Origin: an uncultured Gammaproteobacteria bacterium | GTDB lineage: Bacteria; Patescibacteriota; Microgenomatia; Levybacterales; GWA1-39-11 | Assembly (NCBI GenBank): GCA_964406795.1 | Contig: CAYOTA010000004.1 | Span: 46,877 to 110,876 of the forward strand | Reading direction: 5' to 3' | DNA length: 64,000 nt | Shown: positions 1 through 10,486 of the stretch, piece after piece | Layout of the letters: each line of letters opens with the position of its first letter | How positions within the stretch are numbered: the first letter of the stretch is position 1 | Position numbers and translations under genes: made by a program | Notes under the pieces: model-generated | What the model was told of the DNA's origin: nothing | The model's database searches: none | The model's input: only the letters and a program-made list of their open reading frames with translations

Positions 1-293
1 CCCCCGTCCGCCTTCCGATTCAGCCCACGCCCGGCTGCGGAAGCTGCGGCGATCCGGCCGGGAACCCGCCAGGTGCTTGGCCACGAGCAAGGCCAGAAGC
101 ATGTAGAGGTTGGGATCCGTCACCGCCGGAGACACGGTGCGCCCCGGCATCACGACGGCATGCCTGCGCAGGCGCCCGCCCTTGAGGAAGAAGATCAACC
201 CGGACTCGATGGTGGCATCGGCGAATTCCGGCGTCGGGCCGTGGTCTCCCAACAGAAATCGCACGGGCTCCAACCAATCCGAGATGTTTGCGA
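1..293 (-). CDS. hypothetical protein, truncated by window start (N-term MDPIANISDWLEPVRFLLGDHGPTPEF...)
   Basis: Minus-strand ORF with ATG at ~293 that runs off the window; lies just downstream of the terminator hairpin. Confidence 0.35.
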
Positions 294-314
294 TGGGGTC
301 CATGCGCTGGCCTT

Positions 315-358
315 AAAAAAATCCCCTCGGGCGGCGCTGACCAACGCCTCCCGAGGGG
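315..358 (-). terminator. rho-independent terminator
   Basis: GC-rich inverted repeat cccctcgggcggcg / cgcctcccgagggg with 8-nt loop, followed on the minus strand by a run of 7 U (A-run 315-321 on plus strand). Confidence 0.7.
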
Positions 359-401
359 TCCGGGCGACCCATGACCAAACGGGGAATCGAGGGAGCGGCT
401 A

Positions 402-1219
402 GTTGGCCCAGAAATTGGCGAAGAACCCCATGATCCCTTCGGCCTGCTGGGTGACCACATCGCTTCCGGAGCCCACCTCCGCGTTGACGCTGAAGATGCA
501 GTTGCCGGCCACCCACCGCTCCACGAGCAACACGCCGTTGGCCTTGCGGATGGCATAGACGGTGGCATTTCGCCCGGAGATCCGGGCCAATCCATCCGCG
601 AGACTGAAGTGGCTGGTGGTGATGCGCAGGCTGTTGGGTTCGCTGCGACCCGGGAGGACAAACCGCGAACCATCCATGCCGCACGGCACGGGCACCGGCG
701 TGGTGGGGCTGACGCTGGGCACGAAGCCATCGAGGCAGCCCACGAAGGAGAAGCTGGATTCAACCGGAAGCCGCCACAAGGCCAACCGACTGCCCGCATT
801 GCCGTTCGCGTTGACGGTCATGTTGGTGACCGTCTTGAACTTGGCCGCGCCCGGGGTCACCACATCCACCGCGGCGCCCTTGGGGAAATTGGGCGTCTGG
901 TTTCGCGCGTAGGCCGGCGGCGTGAAGGTCGCGGTCCCGGTCAACGCCTCGTCGGAGGCGTTGGTGCCGATCACGTTCACCACCACCGGGGCCGCGGCCT
1001 CCAGGAAGCCCTCCACCACCACCTGCAAATCGGTGGGCACTGCCGAGAAATCCACCCCGCCCAGACCCTCGTAAGTGCCCGTCGCGGTCGCCGTGTATTC
1101 GAAGTTGCCCACCTTCTCGCAGGCCTCGGAGCTGATATACAGCTCGAAGTGCCCGGCGAGCGCTGGCATTTGGGCGACGGGCCGATTGTTGGCGGCCACG
1201 GCAGCGGGTTTGTAGAGCA
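402..1219 (-). CDS. hypothetical phage structural protein (272 aa, T/G/V-rich)
   Basis: C-terminal 272 codons of track ORF 399..2156 from MLYKPAAV; upstream part overlaps the capsid-like gene in another frame and is rejected. Confidence 0.5.
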
Positions 1220-1282
1220 TGTGCTGTGCGTCTGAGGGTTGGCGGTGAGGAAGTGGTGCTGGAACGACAGGGAACCCAGCGA

Positions 1283-2425
1283 CTAGTGGCTGGTGTTGAA
1301 CTCCACGCGAACGAGATTGGGCCGCCAGTGCCCGGGAGCCATCGCGGCCATCACCATCTCGTCCCACCGGATTTCCACGTTTTCGTGGAGGCGGGTTTCG
1401 AGGTGCGACTGGTTCCACTCGTTCTTCAGCCACACCTGGACCGCCGGCTTGTTGAGGCGCGGCCAGGCGTACCCGGTCGGGATGGTGTTGGACGGGATCA
1501 GGTTGTAGTCCCGCCCCAGGTGCCGCACCGTGGCAAACCCATTCTGATCCATGCCCGCCAGCGCGTCGCCCTGTTGCTCGCTGCGGTTCAGATCCGCGGT
1601 GATTTGGATCACCTGATCCGCCGGGACCACCACATCCCCGGTGGGGGTCGGGTCCCCGTCGCTGTAGGCCCCCACCCAGCGCGCCGCGTAGTCCGCCAGC
1701 GCATCGAAGGTGCTGAACCCAAACTTCGTGGCGCCGCCCACGCTGGGAATGGCCAGCGCGTTGGTCGTGGGCAGCACCCCGCTGCGAATCGACGGATGGG
1801 GGACATAGGTCCGATCCACCCGCGCGCCCGTGAGCGTAAAGGCGCCGATCGACCCGCTGATAAGCGCGTACAACCTCTGGTCGAACTTCAGGCGGAGATC
1901 GCGCGCGATGTCGAACTGCTTCTGCGCCAAGCTCCCGATGTTGCCGCGCTGGTAGTCGCGCAGCGGGTATTTCACCGCATCGGTCTGGAGCCCGAAGAAC
2001 TCGGGGAAGACCCGGCTGCCGTCCTTGACGGCGCTCCGCGTGGTCTTGCCGCCATCCTGGGAGGCCTGGCGCACCTCGACGGTGTGACCCGTCTCGTTGA
2101 TCCACTCCACCTGCGTATCGGCGGGGACGTTCTCGATCTGGCAGAACATCGCCCACACGCTGGTGGCGAGCACGAAGTTGTTGGTGGTCTTCACCCGCAT
2201 CTCCAAGAGCTGCCGCCGCGAGTCCCGGTCCCCGTCGCGGGAGCGCTGAAGCAATTCGTAGCGCTCCGTGTCGGGCGTTTCGTCGGCCAGGATGCCGGCG
2301 AGGAACTGGGCCACCGCCGGGGATGTGACCGCGCGCTGCGAGCGATCATGCAGGAGAATGCGCTCCATGCGTTTCTCCATGCCCTTGAGGGTGGCGCGCT
2401 GGGCGGAATTGAGTGAATGCTTCAT
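1283..2425 (-). CDS. phage structural protein, possible major capsid protein (380 aa)
   Basis: Long ORF downstream of scaffold-like and decoration-like genes and upstream of terminator; family assignment not certain. Confidence 0.4.
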   Translation of the reverse strand: MKHSLNSAQRATLKGMEKRMERILLHDRSQRAVTSPAVAQFLAGILADETPDTERYELLQRSRDGDRDSRRQLLEMRVKTTNNFVLATSVWAMFCQIENVPADTQVEWINETGHTVEVRQASQDGGKTTRSAVKDGSRVFPEFFGLQTDAVKYPLRDYQRGNIGSLAQKQFDIARDLRLKFDQRLYALISGSIGAFTLTGARVDRTYVPHPSIRSGVLPTTNALAIPSVGGATKFGFSTFDALADYAARWVGAYSDGDPTPTGDVVVPADQVIQITADLNRSEQQGDALAGMDQNGFATVRHLGRDYNLIPSNTIPTGYAWPRLNKPAVQVWLKNEWNQSHLETRLHENVEIRWDEMVMAAMAPGHWRPNLVRVEFNTSH

Positions 2426-2487
2426 GGCGAAGTAGGGGTGGCAGACTCTGGATCAGCGATGGAGAACGATTGGGGGCGCAGGGTGAA

Positions 2488-3006
2488 TCACGCGGCGGGC
2501 ACGATGACCGCAGAACCGAGCGCCTCGAAGCGGATGCGGACCGCATCCGCAGTCACCGGGGTGGGCTTGGCGGTCAGGCGGAAGAAGGCCACGTCGCCCT
2601 CCTGCGCCACGCGCAGCTTGCCACCGAAGATGCCGAGTTCGGTTCCCACCGCGGTGCCGGACGAGATCAGTCCGGTACCGGAAAGCACGAGATGATCGGC
2701 GCCCTCGGCCTCGCCTTCGAGCACGCGCACGAGCGAGACCATGCCCCCGTCACCGGTGGACCCAACGCGAGCCACGACGGGCAGCTCCAGCCCGAGCGGT
2801 TGCAGCAGATCCAACGGGTCACGACTGGTCACCACCGCGCGCGTGTTCACGCCCAGGTAGTGGTCGGTGGCGGCCACTCCCAAGGTCGGGTCCGCATCGC
2901 TGCGGGTGAGAAAAGTGCCGCGCGGCAAGGCCGCCTCGGAGGCGACGGCGACGGGTTCTTCCGGCCCTTGCCGGAGGATTTCAAAATTGCGCGTTCCGGT
3001 TGCCAT
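2488..3006 (-). CDS. hypothetical protein, head-decoration-like (172 aa)
   Basis: Position between scaffold-like and capsid-like genes; G/V/A-rich beta-type composition. Confidence 0.3.
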   Translation of the reverse strand: MATGTRNFEILRQGPEEPVAVASEAALPRGTFLTRSDADPTLGVAATDHYLGVNTRAVVTSRDPLDLLQPLGLELPVVARVGSTGDGGMVSLVRVLEGEAEGADHLVLSGTGLISSGTAVGTELGIFGGKLRVAQEGDVAFFRLTAKPTPVTADAVRIRFEALGSAVIVPAA

Positions 3007-3056
3007 ATGTGTTTCGCGTTGCTGTCGTGGATCTGTCGTACCGGCGTGGTTCTAGG

Positions 3057-3760
3057 TCACGCCCAAGTCATCTTGCTCTCCGCCGGCTGGTCCGGCGGGG
3101 TTTTGCCCAGCAGGGGTTCGGGCTTCTTCGGATCGGTGGGCGACGCCTTGGGCAGGACGTCCCGCAGCACGTCGAACACCTCGCCCGTCCCGTAAAACAA
3201 GGCCACCCGGGCTTCCTCCTTCTCCGGAAGGCAACGACCAGACACCTCGCCCAGGCGCCGCTGGGCCTCCTTGCTGGTCAAGGCGAAGACTTCGTCACTG
3301 CCCAGCAACACGTGCATGGGCGGCGTCGGCAGGCCCAACTTCACCAACTCCGCCCGCCGCCCGTCCAGGCGCGCGATCCCCACCTGCACGCGGCGCTCCA
3401 CCTCGGCGACCTCGAGCAGATCACCACGGTCCACCCGCCCCTTCAATTCGTTGAGCGCCAGGCTCTGCGGTTCCAGCTTTTGAGCCATGGCGCGCAATTG
3501 GCTCATGGTGCTCTCCGCAAACTCCGTGACCCGCCGCAGCGTGTGCGCCAGCGAGTTCAGGGCATAGGAGGCATCGAGCGCCGCCGGCACGGCATCGGTG
3601 GGAGCCAGCTTCGCCAGGGAGGCGTCGAGGGCGTCCTTCATCTCCTTGACCTGCGCCGCCAGCGGCGCCGGGATGCCGGTGAGATCGAGCCCCTGAAGGG
3701 ACGTGCGCAGCTCGCCGAGCGACGCCACCGCTGCCGTGATGAGAATGGTTTTTGGGTCCA
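3057..3760 (-). CDS. coiled-coil protein, scaffold-like (start MDPKTILITAAV)
   Basis: Alpha-helical A/L/E/K-rich sequence; internal ATG with upstream purine tract chosen over the longer track ORF. Confidence 0.35.
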
Positions 3761-3842
3761 TGGCCTTTGTGGGCTTCAACGTTCTACACACCGTGACAGG
3801 TCAGCTTTCCGCTGGAGAGTCAAGAGGAGAATGTAAAATACT

Positions 3843-4706
3843 TCAGCCCATCTTTTCGACGGCGTCACGCAACTGCGCGGCGGCGGTGCGCAAGGCCTGC
3901 TCCAGCCGTGTCTCGGCAGGGTGCGCGGCGACCAAGTGCTGAATCTCCGCGGTCGGCTCCGCGCCGTGGGGCACCAAGCCGACTCCATGGTAGTCGAGGC
4001 GGCCACCCAGGCCGCCAAGGAGCAGGACGGCGGGCAGGTCACCAAACGTGCTTTTGACCATCCGCTGCTCGTCATCCCAACACGCCCGCAGATCCTCGGG
4101 CGCCGTGGCCCACGGCACGATCATGACCCCCTTGCGGCGCCACGGTTCCGGAGTGGCAGCTTCGCCCACCGCCCGGGCGGTGCCAGCGGCGGCGATAGTT
4201 TCCTCCCAATCTCCGCCCGGACGCCCCACCGCCCACACCGTCTCGTCGCGGCGATAGGCCACCTCCATGGATACCGTCCAGCGATGACGCCCGCCCAGGT
4301 GCTGGCCCACCACCGTTTGCATCGTGTGCGCGAGCTTCGCGTAGCTCGCGATCCCATCGATGGCATGGCCGGCCTCATCCGAAACCAGCTTGACCTCCAG
4401 CACGCTGCCAAGGATGGAGTCGCCCTTCATCTTGGGGCCATCCGGGTGATAGGCCTTCATGCGGTGGCCCAGATTGAAGACCTGGTGCCGCAGCGCCGCG
4501 AAGTTGCGCTGCACGGTCTCGGGCGCGATGGCGGTGCCGTAGGCGCTGACCACCGGAAAATTCCGGGACAGGCGAAACCGCACGTAGCCCTTGTACTCGT
4601 CCGGCTGGTAGCGCTGCCCACCAAACTCCACCTCCGTGCTACCGCACAACTGGACTTCGTCCCCGGCTCCGCACAGCAGTTCGGCGATCTCCTGATCCGT
4701 ATTCAT
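3843..4706 (-). CDS. hypothetical protein (288 aa, start MNTDQEIAELL)
   Basis: C-terminal part of track ORF 3843..5513; its start forms an ATGA overlap with the stop of the upstream HxH-repeat gene. Confidence 0.5.
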   Translation of the reverse strand: MNTDQEIAELLCGAGDEVQLCGSTEVEFGGQRYQPDEYKGYVRFRLSRNFPVVSAYGTAIAPETVQRNFAALRHQVFNLGHRMKAYHPDGPKMKGDSILGSVLEVKLVSDEAGHAIDGIASYAKLAHTMQTVVGQHLGGRHRWTVSMEVAYRRDETVWAVGRPGGDWEETIAAAGTARAVGEAATPEPWRRKGVMIVPWATAPEDLRACWDDEQRMVKSTFGDLPAVLLLGGLGGRLDYHGVGLVPHGAEPTAEIQHLVAAHPAETRLEQALRTAAAQLRDAVEKMG

Positions 4707-6352
4707 GGCAAGACCTCCACCGCGCTGAGGAACACATTCTGGGTGGCCCCGTGCGGCGCGAGACTCAGCAGGATCTCGCCCGCCGCGTCCGGGCGCAGCG
4801 TCAACTCCCGCACGCACGCCCGGAACGTGCCCGGAGCCACCGCAAACACGTCCAGCGAGGCGATGGTCGCCACCGTCGCGCCCGTGGCTGATACCGCCAT
4901 CACGCACACCCCGGCGGCGCCGCCCGTCCCCAAGTCCGCCCAGTGCAGCCGGAGGGTGTATTCGTGCTCCGGTGCGAGACCCGTGAGCACCAGAGTGAAG
5001 ACCCCGCCATCCGTGCGCGCCCGCGCTGTTTGGTAGATCGCCTCCGGCGCCGCCTCCGCCACGCCGCTGCGGTCGATGGCCTCCGCGGTGATGAGGTTGC
5101 TGCCCGCCGCCAGGAGTTGGTGCGCCAGGTAGGGATACAGCGCCGGCCCACCCAGATTGATCCGCCACCCCGGGTGCGGGCTCATGCGGTAGTGCAGGGC
5201 CACATCCAGCGCCGTGTGCCGCAGTCCTGAGGTGGCGCTGTGGGAAACCACCCGCCACGCCAACCTCGCGCCCGGAGGAACCACCAACTCCGACAGGGTA
5301 ACCGACGCCTCCACAGATACGCCCATAGCTCCCGCCGGCAAAGTCAGGGTAATCCCCGTGGCGACACCCGCCCAGAGCAACTCGAGCACCGTCGGCTCCG
5401 GCGCGCCCATCGCCAAGGCCTGCGCGCGGACGACCGTGGCCTGAATGGCGGCACCCCACTGGCGCCAGCCGGGCAGCAGCCCCTCGGCCTCCGGTTGCAC
5501 CCCGGCACTCCAACCCACCACGAATTCGGTGGCCGGCACCGATCCCAAGCCCAACGCGGAGAGCTGTCGCAGCAGGCTGTAATCCGCCGCAGCCAGAAAG
5601 CCGGGTGCCTCCTCGGTGGCCAGCGAATGCGAGTGGTTGCCCCTGGCCGCCTGCTCGGCCCCAGTGCCCGCCGGCACCGAGAGCCCGTCCTCACCGGCAG
5701 CAATCGGGATGCCCGAGGCCGGCGCCGCATCCAGCCTGACGCTGGCCCGCACCACCCCCGCTTCGATGTTGACCGCAGCGGTGGGCGTGTCCCCGCCCTC
5801 CAAGACTTCCGCGGCGGGTCCATGCTCATGATCCCCGCGCGCCGCTTGCCCGTGGGCGTCGCCGAAGTCGAGCGCCAGCCCAGCCTCGCCCACCACCAGT
5901 CCACCGCCGGGAGCCAGCCGCACGGCGCCGGTCAATTGCTGCCCGCTGAGCTGCAGCTCCACCGTGGTCGTAGCGGCCACGCTCAGTGGATCGTGCAACT
6001 GGTCATGGGAATGATCGCCAGGGGCGGCTTGTTGCGCACCGGCGCCCAACTGCACCGCCAAACCCGCCTCGGTCACCGCGAGCGGCCCCTCCGGCGCGAC
6101 CCGCACCACCAGCGTGCGCGTGCCGTCTCCGGCCACGAATTCCACTCCACCACCAGCCACGAGCCACGCCTCCGTGGCCGCCCGTACCGCCGCCGCCAAC
6201 CCCGTCACCTCGCCCGCAGCGTGGGCGTGCGCGGGCAACCCCAGGGACTCCAACAGGGTCAGCAGGTCCATCCGGCGCACGGGTTCCGTGCCGTCGGATG
6301 GGGCCTGCCCCACGAAAACCCGCCCCACCGTCAAGGCAACCAATTCATTCAT
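4703..6352 (-). CDS. HxH tail-fibre-repeat protein (549 aa)
   Basis: Three repeats G-x-x-Q-A-A-x-G-(D/N)-H-(S/E)-H (GDHSHDQLHD, GDHEHGP, GNHSHS) typical of phage tail-fibre HxH repeats; ATGA overlaps at both ends. Confidence 0.5.
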   Translation of the reverse strand: MNELVALTVGRVFVGQAPSDGTEPVRRMDLLTLLESLGLPAHAHAAGEVTGLAAAVRAATEAWLVAGGGVEFVAGDGTRTLVVRVAPEGPLAVTEAGLAVQLGAGAQQAAPGDHSHDQLHDPLSVAATTTVELQLSGQQLTGAVRLAPGGGLVVGEAGLALDFGDAHGQAARGDHEHGPAAEVLEGGDTPTAAVNIEAGVVRASVRLDAAPASGIPIAAGEDGLSVPAGTGAEQAARGNHSHSLATEEAPGFLAAADYSLLRQLSALGLGSVPATEFVVGWSAGVQPEAEGLLPGWRQWGAAIQATVVRAQALAMGAPEPTVLELLWAGVATGITLTLPAGAMGVSVEASVTLSELVVPPGARLAWRVVSHSATSGLRHTALDVALHYRMSPHPGWRINLGGPALYPYLAHQLLAAGSNLITAEAIDRSGVAEAAPEAIYQTARARTDGGVFTLVLTGLAPEHEYTLRLHWADLGTGGAAGVCVMAVSATGATVATIASLDVFAVAPGTFRACVRELTLRPDAAGEILLSLAPHGATQNVFLSAVEVLP

Positions 6353-7728
6353 TCGCGAGGCCCCCCATCCACCTGCCCCGGCGCGCGCCCGGGCAACTGC
6401 TTGGCGCCCGTTCCACGATTGAAGAGCGGGAGCACCCGCCCCGCGGTTTGCTGCTTTCCGGCCAACTGCGCCTCGGCCTCCTTGCGCTCCTGCTCTTCCT
6501 CCTGATCAAAGCCCTGATCCTCGAGGTAGGTGCGTTGGCTGATCGGGCCGGACTCCAGACCGTGCTTGAGAATATCCAGCGCCAGCCGAGCGTCCTGAAA
6601 GCACTGGGACCCCCACGCTGGCCGCACCGGCACCGGCGCCCCGAGCACCTCCGCGACCCGGCGGATAGCCCGCGCGACTTCCTGGCGCTGCTCCATCGCC
6701 TCGGTCCGGAAGAGGCTCCAGGCATTGAGCGCCGCCTGCGGGTCGTGCAAAATCTGACCGAGCGGCCCCAGAAACTCATACACCCGGCGGCGCAAACCAT
6801 CGTACCGGGTGCTGTCAAAAACCTCCGGGTCCGGGTGCGGGAACTCCAGCGTCCGGTCAAAATTGGTGACCATTTCCACGATCCCAAACCGCCCTTCGGT
6901 CATATTGCGGATCGCGGTCGCGTGTTCCTTTTTGCAGTGGTAGGTGGGCTTGCCAGCGGCGGGCCCGACGCGGATTTCATGCCCCACTTTCCACTGTGCG
7001 AAAACCCGGCGGTAGAGGAAGGCGTTGAGCTGATCCCCCACCTCCAGCGAGGCCTGCGCCTCGAGGGTTCGCAGCAGCCCTCGCAGGCGCGGCATCGCGA
7101 AGCCCAGGCCAGCTCGCTCGCGCTTGAGCACCAAAAACCTCTCGCCCACCCCTTCCCCCACCGTGATCTCTCCTTTCTGGTAGCGGGCGCGCTCCTTTGG
7201 TGGGAGCGCCTCGAGATCCTTGGCGTCCAAATGCACCTTCATCCGCAACTTCTCGACCCCCATGACGTCGCTGTACTCGCAGCGTTCCGGAGGGACCACG
7301 AGAACGCGCTCGACAGTTCCAGCACGAACTTCGCGCCAGAAGAGCACCACATTATCAAGCAGGAGCCAATCCCGCCACAAACAGCGCACCACCTCATGGA
7401 TGCTGTCCAGTGCGTCCGGATTGCCCTCGCACCAATCCTTCCACACCTGCCGGTCGCCGGTGCGCTGAGGCACCAGGCGCAGTCGGTAGTTGAGAAAACA
7501 GCCCTTGAGTTGCAGCAGAGCGCTCAGCGCATGGCTTTCCGACTCGAAGCGCCGAGCCTCCTTCATGATCCTGCCCTTATCCTCGTGCAGATCCTCGCCG
7601 CAGGATTCCCACGCCTTGCGATCCCGGGGCAACACGGGGCGTTCGGACAACTGAAAACCATATCCCCCGCCGCGGTTGGCGGTGGACTGCGCCCTTTTTC
7701 GTGCTGGCGTTCGGGCCATGTGCACCAC
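6349..7728 (-). CDS. hypothetical protein, possible portal (459 aa, acidic C-terminus DQEEEQERKEAEAQ)
   Basis: Large ORF heading the apparent head gene set; function inferred from position only. Confidence 0.3.
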   Translation of the reverse strand: MVHMARTPARKRAQSTANRGGGYGFQLSERPVLPRDRKAWESCGEDLHEDKGRIMKEARRFESESHALSALLQLKGCFLNYRLRLVPQRTGDRQVWKDWCEGNPDALDSIHEVVRCLWRDWLLLDNVVLFWREVRAGTVERVLVVPPERCEYSDVMGVEKLRMKVHLDAKDLEALPPKERARYQKGEITVGEGVGERFLVLKRERAGLGFAMPRLRGLLRTLEAQASLEVGDQLNAFLYRRVFAQWKVGHEIRVGPAAGKPTYHCKKEHATAIRNMTEGRFGIVEMVTNFDRTLEFPHPDPEVFDSTRYDGLRRRVYEFLGPLGQILHDPQAALNAWSLFRTEAMEQRQEVARAIRRVAEVLGAPVPVRPAWGSQCFQDARLALDILKHGLESGPISQRTYLEDQGFDQEEEQERKEAEAQLAGKQQTAGRVLPLFNRGTGAKQLPGRAPGQVDGGPRE

Positions 7729-7753
7729 CCAAATTCACAACTCCACCCCAATG

Positions 7754-8119
7754 TCAACCTCGGGTGCCGGCGTCCGTTATCACGACTTCAGTCGGATAAC
7801 GAGGGTTAGACGATTGAGCCTCACCGAGCATGTAGCGCAGCAGTGTCGGGCCGATTCCTTCGCCGCAAGCGCCATATTCCGCGATCCACACGTCCGTCCA
7901 TTCGTCCATCTTGTAGTCTCCGCCTTTGTAACCTTGGAAGGTTTTGCCGAGAGCGGATTTTGCATCAGCAAGCATCGCCCCGACAGTCACGTTTTCGCGT
8001 GGCTCGAACGCCAGTTGGTCATAGTAGCCGCGATAGCTGTGAGGATGTCTAAAGCCATGCGGCACGATTTTATCAGCCGGAGCTTTTTCGAGTGTTTCTA
8101 TCAGTTCTTTGAGTGTCAT
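7754..8119 (-). CDS. hypothetical protein (121 aa)
   Basis: Clean ORF in a locally lower-GC patch, MTLKELIETLEKAPADKIVPHGFRHPHSYRGYYD. Confidence 0.5.
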   Translation of the reverse strand: MTLKELIETLEKAPADKIVPHGFRHPHSYRGYYDQLAFEPRENVTVGAMLADAKSALGKTFQGYKGGDYKMDEWTDVWIAEYGACGEGIGPTLLRYMLGEAQSSNPRYPTEVVITDAGTRG

Positions 8120-8125
8120 AATCGT

Positions 8126-8436
8126 CTAACCAGTCGCTCCAACCAACGGCGGTTTCGCGTCACTCATGGCTACCCCCTCTCGCCGTGGCTGAGCGGTGGC
8201 GTTAGAACTCATCAGCACGTCCTCGGCCGTCCGCTGGGCCATGGCCGCGATCTGGACCAGCTCGGCCACCATCAGGTCTGTGCTCCGTTCGCTGCGCTTC
8301 TTCTTCACCTCTTCCCAGAACTCATCAACCTCCTCCAACAGCACCGCGTAGCCCTCGTGGACCGATGCCTGTTTTCCGTGCTTGGCGCGGGCGGATTCCA
8401 GCTCCCGCCTTTGGAGCTCGACGAACGTATTCACGG
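8126..8436 (-). CDS. hypothetical coiled-coil protein (GTG start)
   Basis: GTGA overlap with stop of the upstream gene at 8431-8436; the longer track ORF overlaps its neighbour out of frame. Confidence 0.4.
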
Positions 8437-8808
8437 CACCAAATTGATGAGCTTGGATTGCAGTTCGCCGGCCATGACGCTCGCCTTCGTCAGCATTTCG
8501 GACGCGCCGCAGCGTTCGATTTGATAGCACAACTCCAGCGCGGCCTGCCGGGCATCCGCAACGCCGTTGATTAGAGCGTCGAGGCGTTTCTCCACGCACG
8601 TCAGACAGACGTAGCCGCCAAGGTCGTCGCGTCGATACGGTAGCGGCTTCGATTCTCCGCAGCACGCACACAGCTTTCGGCTGACGTGGGCGTCAAGCAG
8701 CCGGCTGAGTGCGTCGCGCTCTTTTGAGATGGCAAGTTCTCTCGGGGTGGTTGCGGTCGCCACTTGCGAGAGTTCGAGGTAGAGGCGGTTGATTGTTTCG
8801 AGTTCCAT
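8431..8808 (-). CDS. Cys-rich putative zinc-binding protein (125 aa)
   Basis: CACCGESKP...CLTC motif pairs. Confidence 0.5.
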   Translation of the reverse strand: MELETINRLYLELSQVATATTPRELAISKERDALSRLLDAHVSRKLCACCGESKPLPYRRDDLGGYVCLTCVEKRLDALINGVADARQAALELCYQIERCGASEMLTKASVMAGELQSKLINLVP

Positions 8809-8826
8809 ACGTTCTAACCCATCAGT

Positions 8827-9248
8827 TCAGCGGTCCCGCCTGCCGCTGGGATTGTTGGTTTCGTCAGCGGGCGGGCCGCTGACTTCGGTGTTCGGTCCGA
8901 ATAGATGGTGGACCATCTTAAGCAGGTCCCCTTCGGCGCTGTTTGGGAACCGCATCGTTCCATCGGTTTGGCCGTAGAAGTGCAACATTCGTCGACGCAG
9001 CTCGTCGGCGATTTCCACCTTGGACCAGCCGGCCCAGCCGCCAGGCCGAACCATCCGCTCCATCGAACAATGGAAGGTGGTGGCGGTTGAGGGATCGGGC
9101 GCTCCGCTGCTCTCGTTGTCCCCGCCTTCACGCGGCGAATACGGCGCGCCACAACCATCGCACCGATCTCTGGAAGGGAGCTGCCGCCCGCAATAGTCGC
9201 AGCGCAATTGGAATTTCTGAGGCGGAGGAGGTGGAGTAAGCATACCCA
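8827..9248 (-). CDS. zinc-ribbon protein (CDYCG...CDGCG) with C-terminal PNTEVSG tail
   Basis: Internal start MGMLTPPPPP; C-terminus carries the same GPNTEVSG motif as the gene array at 17.4-20.5 kb. Confidence 0.45.
8868..8900 (-). repeat. isolated copy of the GGTGTTCGG / PNTEVSG junction motif
   Basis: gacttcggtgttcgg inside the 3' end of gene 8827..9248. Confidence 0.5.
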
Positions 9249-9250
9249 TT

Positions 9251-9782
9251 TTATACCCTTCTCGCTTCCATTGCACCGCTCCCTTCTGTACCGGAGATGG
9301 GAGGATCCGCGGCGCTATTGGCACCCGGAGGCGTTACCCGCTTGGGTCCACCTTTCCACGACATCTCCCACGAAGTGGAGCAATGGGCGACCAAGGTCTG
9401 GACGATCCGGCGAATCTGGTCCGGCGTGCGCGCAGATTTAAGTCCCGACCCTGGAATCAGGTTGATTTCCGGGATTCCGTCCAGACACGTGTTGAACCCC
9501 ACGAGCCAGGACCTTTGGTTCTCCAATCTTCTGGAGAGCATCTGAAAGACCGTTTCCGCGACGCTTTTCGGATAATGGCGAACATCGGCTCCACACCACG
9601 GACACCAATTGATGCCCACAGAGTCCACGCCGTCAGGCCGTTTAAGCCGCAACCAAATTCCGTGCGAACCCGCAGGCAGAGCAGTTTCCATTCGCAGGGC
9701 AGCAGAAAGCCTATCGCAACAAAAGCTCGACGGAGATTGCCCCGTGCTATCCCGCGGTGTTGTTGGCACGATAGGATTCATG
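9251..9782 (-). CDS. hypothetical protein
   Basis: Track ORF trimmed to internal Met (MNPIVPTTPRD); C-terminal composition is odd. Confidence 0.3.
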
Positions 9783-9804
9783 GGATAACGCAAACGGTTG
9801 GATT

Positions 9805-10134
9805 TTACTGCGCCCGGGCGGCCACGGCGGCCAGCAAAGTTGGATGCCATTCGTAAGTATCCTTGTCGGGATCAAATACATCATTCGTCATGGCAAGGTG
9901 GAATCCTCCAATCGTCCGCATGAGTCCACCTGGATGCCCTGCGAAGCATTCCGTCACGCGCTCATGGAATTTGCGGAGATGATCCACATTGTCCTTATCG
10001 AAGCAGTCCGCTCGGTCACCTTCATCCCAGGTACCATCGGGTTTACACGGGATCCCATCCTCCGCGGTGTTGAGAACGCGCATCAGTTTAAGGAGAGCAT
10101 CCACTTCCTGAGGTGTTGCCTTTGTCAGTTTCAC
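9805..10134 (-). CDS. hypothetical protein (109 aa)
   Basis: ATGA overlap with HNH gene stop at 10131-10134. Confidence 0.5.
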   Translation of the reverse strand: MKLTKATPQEVDALLKLMRVLNTAEDGIPCKPDGTWDEGDRADCFDKDNVDHLRKFHERVTECFAGHPGGLMRTIGGFHLAMTNDVFDPDKDTYEWHPTLLAAVAARAQ

Positions 10135-10486
10135 TTATCTTCTCCATTTCGATGTAACCAATCGGCATTCATCGACATGCTGTTGCCACGAGCCCGATTG
10201 CACTCCAAGCAGGCGAGGGCGAGGTTCTTGATGTTGTGTGTCCCACCCCTGCTGATGGGGCGCAGGTGCTCGATTGTGGCCGACTTCAGACCATTCTTGC
10301 CATCGAAGCAGAGTTGGCACTTGCACCAGATACACAACGAACCGTCCCGGGCACGGAGACGCCGGACCTTCTTGGCGCGACGGCGGGAGTCCCACCAGCG
10401 GAGCATTAATTTCTTATGCTCCCGAAGAGACCCAAGCAAATGGTCGGCAGGGGGCGAGATCGGCGCTGTGGATTCATTGCTCATCT
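10131..10486 (-). CDS. HNH endonuclease (~118 aa)
   Basis: CIWCKCQLC...HLRPISRGGTHNIKNLALACLECN: zinc-finger HNH motif. Confidence 0.7.

Noticed and set aside
399-2156. 585-aa minus-strand ORF
   Set aside because: Its N-terminal 310 codons overlap the capsid-like gene in another frame and are Arg/Gly/Pro-rich noise. Only the C-terminal 272 aa (402..1219) were kept.
1226-2416. Plus-strand 396-aa ORF and many other long plus-strand ORFs (e.g. 5240..6505, 5986..7809, 9844..10680, 12749..14500, 16646..17836, 43685..44860, 62374..63210)
   Set aside because: They lie antisense to well-supported minus-strand genes. Their Arg/Pro/Gly/His-rich low-complexity translations are typical of high-GC reverse frames, with no motifs.
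3761-3842. Possible promoter (TTGACT ... TAGAAC) in the 82-nt gap
   Set aside because: Spacer of ~31 nt between the candidate hexamers, so no credible -35/-10 pair.
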